A stretch of 64,000 nucleotides of DNA from Lobosporangium transversale (lineage: Eukaryota), in assembly GCF_002105155.1 (NCBI RefSeq), contig NW_019028982.1, forward strand, positions 930,001 to 994,000, in the 5' to 3' direction. Below are positions 54,848 through 64,000 of the stretch, piece after piece (position 1 is the first letter of the stretch; each line of letters opens with the position of its first letter). The translations under genes and the position numbers were made by a program. The notes below the pieces were generated by a model. That model ran no database searches. It saw nothing but the letters and a program-made list of their open reading frames with translations, and was not told the origin of the DNA.

Positions 54848-56448
54848 CAGTGGTCATCAAAGTCATTCAATGATTTGAATTTTTAACATTCTCATTCCTT
54901 TTCTTCATTCTCATCTAGCATGTGGCTAGTATATTTGGGGTAGTGCATTTGTTCCCACACCTCATGATTACTTTCATGTCTCATTCCTAATTATGACTTC
55001 ATTGTGAAATAAAACCAATTTCAATTTGACCTGCCTATTGAATGACTTCTGCTGAATTTCAATGTTGATTGCAAAAAAAACTTTTTCACTTCTCTTTTTT
55101 CTACCAAGATTACCTTCAGCTATATCTTCATACACCTCTACTTACAATTAACATTCCACATCGTTTAGTATTTATTATGAGGACGCTTTCTATGGAAAAG
55201 GTACAAAATGCTCAGGCCTTACTTCGACAAGGGAAGTCTACAAGCGAAGTGGCAAGGCAACTTGGTATCTCTATTTCATCGGCAATAAGGATCAGGAGGG
55301 ACGTCAAGGACAATATTCCTAAACCCAGAATGGGCAGACCCTCATTGGTTTCCCCTGCTACCAAGAGGGTTATTGCACGCGAGGTTGATACGGGGAAACT
55401 TAGATCCATTCTGGCAGTTCAAGAATACATCAGATCGAGCCATGGAGTGCATGTCAGTGTAGAGACTGCCCGACGCTATGTAAAATCAGAGGGTTTGAAA
55501 AACTATGTCCGCCCATTCAAGCCTAGGCTGACAAAAATGCAGATTGCGAAAAGGAAGAATTTTGCCCTCAACCACCTTGACTGGACTGTTGATGACTGGA
55601 AGCGAGTGATGTTCTCGGACGAAAAGCTTTTTGAAAGGCTAGGGTCCTTAGGAGGAAGAACACAATATAGGCGACCCGGCCACAGGACTTTAGAAGATCG
55701 AGATGTTAGAGAGAGATCAAGGGGAGCACATAACAAACTTATGTGGTGGGGCTGTATCACTTATCATGGTGTAGGCGATGGTTGCAGGATCCCTGCCACA
55801 GTTGATTCCTCTTTATATGTTGATGTTCTACAAGATTATGTCCTCGGCTCATGGAAGTGGTATGGCCAGGACCCTGAAAAGTTAATTTTTCAGCAGGACA
55901 ATGCAAGTGTTCATACGAGTAGGATGGTTAAAGAGTTCTTAATTAAGTCACACATTACCACTTTGGAGTGGCCTCCAAATTCTCCTGACCTCAACCCTAT
56001 CGAGAATGTATGGGCCTACATGGATCATCGGCTCAAGGGATATGAGAAGGTACCAAAGGATCTGGATGAACTATGGGAAAGACTACAGGATATCTGGACA
56101 TCTATTCCACCTGACTTCCTTGATGAGCTATATGAAAGTATGCCACGAAGGGTAGAGGAGCTACATCGCATGAAAGGAGGTCGTACACATTACTGAAGAA
56201 CAGAAAAAAAAAACAAATAAAGCAAAGCTGCTGATTTTCTTCAAATGTCATTCAATGAGATGCCAATAATTGGCATTCATCTAAATTTTCAATTAGCAAC
56301 AGGAGCTCATTGACATTGTAGTAGGAGTGACGTTGTCGATGGTCAAACTCGCTACGTAAGTTTCATTAGCGACAAGCAAGATCAAATTGGAGAAAGGAAT
56401 GAGAATGTCGAAATTCCTAATTCATTGAATGACTTTTGATGACCACTG
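54848..56448 (+). mobile_element. Tc1/mariner DNA transposon (1.6 kb) nested in the DIRS element
   Basis: TIRs CAGTGGTCATCAAAGTCATTCAATGA / TCATTGAATGACTTTTGATGACCACTG. TA duplications at 54846-54847 and 56449-56450. Confidence 0.95.
55177..56196 (+). CDS. Tc1-family DD34E transposase (339 aa, intact)
   Basis: N-terminal HTH, GRP, VMFSDEK, FQQDNA and WPPNSPDLNPIEN, with 34 residues between the second D and E. Confidence 0.95.
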   Translation: MRTLSMEKVQNAQALLRQGKSTSEVARQLGISISSAIRIRRDVKDNIPKPRMGRPSLVSPATKRVIAREVDTGKLRSILAVQEYIRSSHGVHVSVETARRYVKSEGLKNYVRPFKPRLTKMQIAKRKNFALNHLDWTVDDWKRVMFSDEKLFERLGSLGGRTQYRRPGHRTLEDRDVRERSRGAHNKLMWWGCITYHGVGDGCRIPATVDSSLYVDVLQDYVLGSWKWYGQDPEKLIFQQDNASVHTSRMVKEFLIKSHITTLEWPPNSPDLNPIENVWAYMDHRLKGYEKVPKDLDELWERLQDIWTSIPPDFLDELYESMPRRVEELHRMKGGRTHY

Positions 56449-56587
56449 TAGATAGAGAGTAGAACGCTAGATTTTATTTATTTTATTTTTAGTTTTCTCG
56501 GTCAGAAGGAATAAAAAGAGGTCACACATATGTCCCATGGCTACTCTGATAATGAGGATAGTGCGTCCTTCGTAGCACTTCCAGATC

Positions 56588-59500
56588 ACAATTAGGTGAA
56601 TATACTATCTGGCAAATCTCGTCATCCCAGTCTTGTGGTATCAGAGACTTCTCTCTTGTTGTTGTGTCCCATAACCATGCCGCCTCACCTCTAATACCAA
56701 TTGCAATCCGCCTTCCATCAGGTGAATAAACCAAGCTTAGCACAGCCTCAACAGCATCAAATACACTTTGAAGCACACCAGAATGGGCGTCACACAGGTA
56801 TACTGATCCATCATGGCTGGCTGAGGCAAGATGATGTCCATTTGGTGAGTAAAAAACAGGAACGATGGTACTTGTATGGCCCACCAAAGTGTGAACCACA
56901 ACGTCTCTCCTTATATCCCACACAAGAACAGTACATGTGAAAAGCACGATAGCGATGTGTTGGCTGCCTGGCGAATACGTAAATCTGGCGGTGCATCCAT
57001 CCCCATTGTAAGTCGAATGTACCTCCCATGTTGATGTGTTATAGACAACGATCGAGGCGCCACTGCGATAACTGCTGATGAAAGCAGCAGCCAATGTCTT
57101 GCCATTAGGCGAGTATGTTCCACTCCATGCCCGACCACTTCCTCTAAGAGACGGCCGCTATCCAAACTGTGCACCTGTCATCTTTGCACCACTCAGGTCA
57201 GTTTCACGAAGCCAACAGCTGCGAAGTTTGACCTTTCTCAAATCTGCTCCTTGTAGTTGGGCATATTCGAATACCCCATAGCTGAGATCAGCGCCTGGAA
57301 TTTGAACGCCTCGCAAGTCTGCTTTGATGAACGATTCCCCTGCTAGGATTAAAATCGTTATTGCATTAGTTGCTGCTGTCCGCCACTTTCTATCACTCTT
57401 CGAGAGCTCAATATAGGTATGCAGCTGCTCTTTAAATACAGGCTCAAGGCGGGCACGCTCCTCCAGGAACTGTAGGATAGATGGCTCGTTTATAAAGCTT
57501 TTCCATGCTAGGGGAGAGTCCTCACTTGGCCTGGCTGCATCAACAACTTGCTGGTGCGTCGTTAGCTCCATGGTACCAAAAGTACACATTGGGCCGATGC
57601 TCCACCGATGGGAAGTTGATGCCGCTGCTGCTTCCTCATCGTTTGTGAAAGCATTTACCACTCCCAGTGGCTCATAGATCGCTCGGGTCAAACTGTACTC
57701 CAGAATAGAATGATGTACAAAGTGATACTGGCTGCCTGTACAAACGAGCGGAGAGACTTCTCGCAAAAGGCTTTTCCCATTCTCTCTACTAAAGAATCGC
57801 TCTTTCCATGTACTCTTATCTTTGATTGGAGTGTAGTCTACTACAGGGTTGCCGTTTTGATGTTTATAGATTGCTATAGCCAATTCTGTCAAGTATCTGA
57901 TCTCATTCTGTGCAAAGCCCTCCTCCGATAGTTTCTGGAATATCCGCCTATCCTCCAGTCCTATTGTCTCACTTAGTTGTTTCTCACGCCTCTTTATCCA
58001 CAATTTCATATGCTGGTCATACAGCGAGACGCGCTTGATTTCTGTTTTGGAGATATTTTTATACGAGGCAACCATCTCTGGCAGTATTTCCAGCGAGAGT
58101 GACAGCAAGAATGGATTCTTCACAATGTCCAGTAAACTGGAGGCCGCTTTGATTGCATGCTGGTAGTCCTCCGGTTGCCAAACCGGATCCATGTTAGCGA
58201 TATATCGGTTGATATATTCGTTGACCTGGCCCTTCGAAAATGGAGCGATCACAGCCTCCTGAAATAATGTAGCGTTCGCTTGGTAATTATGGTCCATAGG
58301 ACAGAAGAAGTCAAGATAACCTGGTCTAAGATACTCACTGCGGCAACTAATCACCAACTGAGCTACCCACCCCCCAGTCTGGTTTAGCTGGTTGCTAACA
58401 TACAGGTTGCTAGTTAGTTTACTCTCGTCATATCCATCACAGATCAAGACAAATGAGCGGGTCAGCTTCAGTTCCATGATCTGTGCCTCTGTGAAACCAT
58501 ACTTTTGCAGCTGCTTTGCAACAAAATCCTCCTCTGGGATTTCAATAGCTGGTAGGTCGATGAATAACGGGATTCGACCATGTCTCTTTTGGTATGCTTT
58601 CCACAGAGTACTCTCCAGAGTGCGGTTGAAGGTTGACTTGCCTGCTCCTGCAATGCCTTGGACAAGCAGCACTTTCTGATCCCCGTCCAGGAACTCCTTT
58701 GACTTGCCCATCAACAGGAACAAATCGTCATGGCGCGCTTGAGCATTTGCTTTGGCATATTGTGGGATATAGAAGCTTTGGCCATCTAAGTTATTTATCC
58801 GCTGCTGTTTAAGATGGCCTACGCGTTTCTCGGTATCAAGCTTCTCCTGCACACGGCCAAGCAACGAAGAAGGTACAGATGGAGGTAGCGAAGCAGTGAA
58901 GGGATACTGAATATTAGGTTCTTGGAGACAACTTTTATATAACTCTTGCTTTTTGGCGCCTCCCTCCCTCTTTAGAGTATTCAACAAAGCGTTTGCAGCT
59001 GCGAAGAAAAAAATGAAAAGGATTTTAAAGTAATGAGGTTAATCATTTTACGCAAAATGTACGGACATGCAAGTGGATTCGTGTAGAAAAAAAAACATAC
59101 CCCGTGGACTACCCACCGGCGATGAGGCTAGTTTCCTGAGGACGTGAAGGATCCATTGCTTGATTTGGAAGTAATCCCTATCATTTTTGTATATCTCTCC
59201 AAGAAAAGCAACAGCATCTCGGCGGGTGTCCATGGCCCATTGAGGATCAGATGCAATATGCCCTAGCCGCTGGCATAGTCCCCATTGAAATGCTAGATCC
59301 AGTCGACAAGATACTTTGCACGCAAGAATCTTAAACTTGGCGAGCTCTCCTCTCTGGAGAAGTATGTCAGCTCCTCGAAGCACTGGGTACCATGCTGTCT
59401 TGCGACTAAAGCTGAGAACCTTTTCCACACACTGCTTGAATGTAGCTCCAGTCTCATGTAGCGAGGCTGTGCCTCCATATCCTCGCAGGCTCATATCAAT

Positions 59501-60796
59501 GGTATATATAATATAGAAGCTCTTTCTGAATATTGTTCAGCTCATCGATGAAGACGTCCATATTCAAGCTGCTGACTGCGCTTGTTGTTCCATGTACTCC
59601 TCGAGCCACAGGGAGTGTACGTCTTAGCATTGCCTGCGTCGGTGTTTCGTCATCATATATATACAGCAGTACACAAGATATGGATCTGAGCTGTCTTGCA
59701 GCCTTTTCAGGTAGGCTGTTAGCGGCATATAGGTCTTCTCTCGCTTCAGACCCTTGACTTGGTTATTGACCATAGTATCAAGGACATGTGAGACTGCGAC
59801 AGCAAGGCGGTAGAGGTGATCGTCAGAGTATTCGTGGGCGTCATGTAGGTGTGGGCTAAGTGCGAGGATTCTGGTTAGATCATCCGAGTCAAGGTATCCA
59901 GGCGGGGCATGCTGAATTAACTGAGCCAATCCTTCCAACAAGTGAGTATCCAGTATGGTGTCTTGTCCGATCCCACTAATAAGAATCAAAAGAAGTGTCC
60001 TGAACTGACCAAGATTGAGAGTCGGAGCCAAAGTTAAGGCCTCAGTGATGGTAGCCTCTGTCTTGGCTCCATCGCTAATGAACACCGCGATCATATCTGA
60101 TACCAGGTCACGAAGGCGCTCATGTTCATCCAGATTGCTCGACGTGGCTAACGACCATTCCTGCTCTTGGACTGTGAGGCCTGTTATTGGGATAGGCACA
60201 GAGGAAAGCAAGCCAAGACAATATACGAGGTGACGGTTACTGTCCAGATAAGCGCCTGGATAAGGTAAGTTGTATTTAACGGCCACCCGGGCTACACCGC
60301 GTTCAAATATTCCTAAAGGGAGAGTTACGCTGCTACGGCTTGTAGAGGCCCTTGAAGTTTTAATAGTCTTGTAGAATACGTTGCCTTCTTGTTTGGTGCT
60401 ATCGTAAGCAAAGCTTTTACTAGCGTGATCATCATTTTTGTTTCGGAGATACTGCGTGCATGGGAAATGCTTGAGGCTGAATTGCTCCATTTAATTGCGC
60501 GTTCACAACTCCTTTGAGCATGGTCAGGGTGGCCGAGGCTGTCGAATAACTCGCCAACGTCATTCAGAGCGGCAGCAATTTTCTTGCATAATGCTTCGTC
60601 TGCGTCTGTTGAAGCAGGGCCCGACGCCCTTTGGTCGGGTTGTTGTACCCGTGAGAGAACAACCTCTGCATCGAAACACATCTCCAAAGCAAGCACAGGG
60701 TCCTTTGCCTTTCATGCTTGCTTCAAGTAAATACTGGCGAGGTCAAGGGCCTTTTGTGGCGGGAGTACCCTTTGTCTTGGTTGGCTTTCTAGCCAT

Positions 60797-60800
<4 letters not shown>
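56588..60800 (-). pseudogene. NLR-like STAND gene: helical N-terminus, NACHT, pentapeptide repeats, WD40; nonsense-mutated and truncated
   Basis: Walker A GIAGAGKST, Walker B LICDGYDE, ADLRGVQIPGADLSYG pentapeptides and YSP(N/D)G WD40 blades. In-frame TAG at 57158 (AQFG*RP). WD40 region is cut by the DIRS right end. 5' boundary approximate. Confidence 0.85.
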
Positions 60801-60839
<39 letters not shown>

Positions 60840-61604
60840 AAGCCTGTTTTCCCCAAATTGATATGGTTTATTCGAATCACTCGTTAGGCTTGTGTCATCT
60901 GTTATGGAAGAAAAAACCATTTAGCAAAGTGAGTAAAGCTAAACATACTATGAGTACTTGAACCGAGAGAGATATACGAAAATATGGTGAAAGGATGGAA
61001 AGAAGAGGAAGGGAATAAAAAAAAAGGGCGAAGAGAATTGCAAATGGTCAGTGACAAGAAAAGCGAGCAGGAAGCGAAGCCATCATCAGCCGCTTAGTTC
61101 GCAAAATAAGAATAAAAAAGGGAAACAGATGAAACTTCATGCAAAAATGAAAATGTCAAAGCATACTTGAACTTGATAGTCTTCGTTTAATCTCTATCTT
61201 TATGGCGGTAATCGGCACCCAATGGCGCCTCTTTCCGTCAAAGCCTCTGTCTGTGAGAATATTTACACCACTAAGTCCTGACTATAGTGAATGTCCATTT
61301 GACTGAAGGATGCTATGAATTTGGATATCATTGAGCTACGCAAACATGTCATGGTGTGGCCAGTTCAAGAAATTTATTTCAAGAATGGCATTTATCGTTC
61401 AACCAGACATGGAAAAGTGCGATCGCGGGTTATTTCTTAATGATTTTCTCTGAGCAACATCACTTTATGATGGGAGAGAAGATTGATGACTACAAATCAA
61501 GGACAACAAGTTCTCTTTATATCAATGCAAAGGCCACATTGTAGTGTCTTATTTATAATTTTGACATGTCGATGGCTTTATTTGCAATGCAAGCTTTATG
61601 CGGA

Positions 61605-61643
<39 letters not shown>

Positions 61644-61788
61644 ACATGGTATAGAGGGTATCGTTTTCTTTCTCTCTTCTTTTGTATTGTTTCAAGAAAA
61701 GCTATAAGTATACAGGTTGGGAATAAAACATACGAACGAAGACAAACTGGTATACAAAAATAGGAAATGGGATGATGAATGTTTCGTT

Positions 61789-61824
<36 letters not shown>

Positions 61825-62478
61825 GCGGCAATGTGTTTGTTGCTTGGTTGTTGTTACATAGCAGTGATTGAATCCTTCCTCTGACCCAAAGGTCCAAATT
61901 CATCTTCAAAATTATATGTTGGAACGGTAAATGACAGAGCTGACAGGATGCTACCTGTATTCAAGTTCATGTTCATGCTCATCCATGATGATGCAGATGT
62001 CGTTCCCAATTTCTTCATCTGTTCTTTATGTTGTCGTTGTCGTTGCCGCTGACGGTACTCTTGTTGTTGCTTTTGCAGGTGTTGTTGGAATTTCGAAGAC
62101 GAGAAATCGTCATCGTTGTTGCTGTTGCTGCTGTTGTTACCACTGTGGTTACTGAGTGAACTTGAACAATATCTCAGAGATGCCGATGACGATGACGACA
62201 TGCTTGCCATCAATGCAGAATGAAGCGCAGCAGATGATCGAGCCGCTGTAAACGACGACCCGAACATGGGCTCATACGGTGAAGGTGATCGTCCTCCAAT
62301 CGATGATGATAACGAGGAACCATAGTTATTGTTATTATTACCATTGTTGCTACTCGTGCGACCTCCGTCGTAAAGCGCAGAATAGATGGACGCCAATGAC
62401 GATGTTGATGACGAACTATCTGTTGAGTCGACACTCGAGGTTGAGTCGTTATTCTGCATCATAAGTGGATTGTTGCTA

Positions 62479-64000
62479 TTACTTCCACGGTGTTTCTCCG
62501 TTTCCACCCTTCTTGTGGCCGTTAGCACTGATGCTATGTCCCATAATTGTGCCTTCCTCTGACAAGGAAGATAGTGAGTGTCTGCGGCTGCCATTGTTAT
62601 TAGTGCCATTGTTATGTTTTGAATCCCATGCACCGCTCGAGAGCTGCAGACTACTCCTATTTTTGTTGGAATTTGAGCCAATACCCTGGCCTTGAATAGT
62701 TCCTGCTGCAGCAGATACTGCTCTCTTCTGTCTGCTTGCTGGTGTATTACGGCCACGTGGGTTGATGGGCTTGATATTTGTGACCGAGGTTGAGCGTCGA
62801 AGCGTCTTGGCCCAGTCGATCGTATCTCCTGATGCTGTCAAGTAAGGGTTATTCTTATAATCACCTGTCACAGACAGTGAACGTGATGGAGGAGGTGGAG
62901 GAGGCTTATTGAAAGCTGTGTACCGACGGTTACCGCCTGGAGAGAATGGAGGTCGATTAAACTTGGGAGGAGGTGGGGGCTTTGGAGTAGGGGCACGAAC
63001 AGGTGGTGGAGCTGGTGTTGCTATAAGTGCGCCGAAATTCTCTTCACTCTTGGAGGTAGTAACAATATAGTAACCCCAGGAAGACGTCTGCAATGGGAAT
63101 CCAGGCATGCCAGGTGACTGTGGATTGGCAGAGGGGCACCATGGTCGGGGCTTGTCCCAGACAGGCTTATCAGACTTGACTAGCATGTACTTTCGGACCG
63201 CGGAAGAATCCATCGACATGGATGTCACTAATTTGCCACGCAAGAACCGATGGTGGCTTGGTTTCCAATTGGGTGAAATAGGTCTGGTGGGAAGAGTTTG
63301 TTGAGTACTCACTGTGTTGGATCGTCGCAGCCGAGGGGCAGAGCCCCAGTCGCTATTGCCACTACCAACAAGGGTCTTGTCCTCTGCAGCTTCTTCCTTC
63401 TTGATCAGAGCCACGTTGGCTTTTTCTTTCAATCGAATATGATGGGCATGGAGCTTAGTGCCGATGGTGTCAAGCGATGTCTTGAGATTGGACCATCGGT
63501 TCTTTAAATTTCTCTGACGCTCCAGCATAGCCAGACTAGGGTATAATGGGGAATGGTCCATAGTTGGAGGTGTGGGTGACGAGGCGGTTGAGTTTGAAGC
63601 AGGAGAGAGCTGTGGAGCATCCACAGGAGTTTCAGAAGTTGGCGTTGGTGTAGTAGATGGTACGGTTGCAGCTTTTGATCGGTGCTGGATCTCGCCTTCT
63701 TGAACCCAAAACATATTTTCAATAGCTGGTGCTGTCATGTTCTGCTTTTCGTCCAGTTCTTGGAGAACGGATGAAAGCATTTCCATGTCCACTGGTTCTT
63801 CGGGATCCATGAAAGATTTGTTATGGGTTGGTGCAGATGATGCAGATGATGCAGATGATGCAGACAGCTCAACATGCGCTTCTGCGATATCGAGCATATC
63901 AACGGTCAAAGACTTCCGTAACATGGTATCATCCATTTCGTCTTCTGCTGTTGCTTGAGCATCCAAGGTAGTAAGGATGTTGACACACATCTTGTGGAAA
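62479..64000 (-). CDS. 3' part of a coiled-coil/Pro-Ser-Arg-rich protein, possibly Kar9-like (runs off the window)
   Basis: 503-aa ORF open at the window edge. Helical segment LKNRWSNLKTSLDTIG followed by a basic disordered tail. Family assignment is only a resemblance. Confidence 0.45.
   Translation of the reverse strand, partial: FHKMCVNILTTLDAQATAEDEMDDTMLRKSLTVDMLDIAEAHVELSASSASSASSAPTHNKSFMDPEEPVDMEMLSSVLQELDEKQNMTAPAIENMFWVQEGEIQHRSKAATVPSTTPTPTSETPVDAPQLSPASNSTASSPTPPTMDHSPLYPSLAMLERQRNLKNRWSNLKTSLDTIGTKLHAHHIRLKEKANVALIKKEEAAEDKTLVGSGNSDWGSAPRLRRSNTVSTQQTLPTRPISPNWKPSHHRFLRGKLVTSMSMDSSAVRKYMLVKSDKPVWDKPRPWCPSANPQSPGMPGFPLQTSSWGYYIVTTSKSEENFGALIATPAPPPVRAPTPKPPPPPKFNRPPFSPGGNRRYTAFNKPPPPPPSRSLSVTGDYKNNPYLTASGDTIDWAKTLRRSTSVTNIKPINPRGRNTPASRQKRAVSAAAGTIQGQGIGSNSNKNRSSLQLSSGAWDSKHNNGTNNNGSRRHSLSSLSEEGTIMGHSISANGHKKGGNGETPWK

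Larger units (their letters stand above)
50791..56587 (+). mobile_element. DIRS1-type tyrosine-recombinase retrotransposon (ITRs + ICR)
   Basis: Left ITR 50791-~50905, right ITR ~56450-56587 with a 3' extension, ICR 54720-54810 complementary to both termini. Encodes gag, RT-RNaseH-MT and YR ORFs. Confidence 0.95.

Noticed and set aside
61854..62756. Separate 300-aa overlapping gene
   Set aside because: Low-complexity microsatellite-rich frame overlapping the end of the 62479-63990 ORF. It may be the true C-terminus via an intron or indel, but cannot be supported as its own gene.

Overview
Eukaryotic, intron-containing fungal DNA with very long A/T homopolymers. Gene content, especially a NACHT-pentapeptide-WD40 NLR, suggests Mucoromycota/Mortierellaceae (inference). 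Host genes: RIX7/NVL AAA ATPase, a large low-complexity membrane protein, a GST, valyl-tRNA synthetase, FIG4 phosphoinositide phosphatase, a Myb + C2H2 zinc-finger factor, small secreted proteins, a disrupted NLR and a partial Kar9-like gene. Mobile DNA: a structurally complete DIRS1-type tyrosine-recombinase retrotransposon (ITRs + ICR) with a nested intact Tc1 DD34E transposon, and two MITEs. The most notable feature is a ~2.8-3 kb apparently non-coding repeat present three times (226-3303, 6537-9420, 47940-50790), with the first two copies forming a 9.2-kb inverted structure. Each copy reads like a Pol II transcription unit: TATA, CT tract, intron, A-rich tract, long hairpin, G-quadruplex motif, poly(A) signal, then a hand-folded HDV-like self-cleaving ribozyme, a second AATAAA and an A-tail. 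All structures and family calls were made by eye; no searches or folding programs were run.
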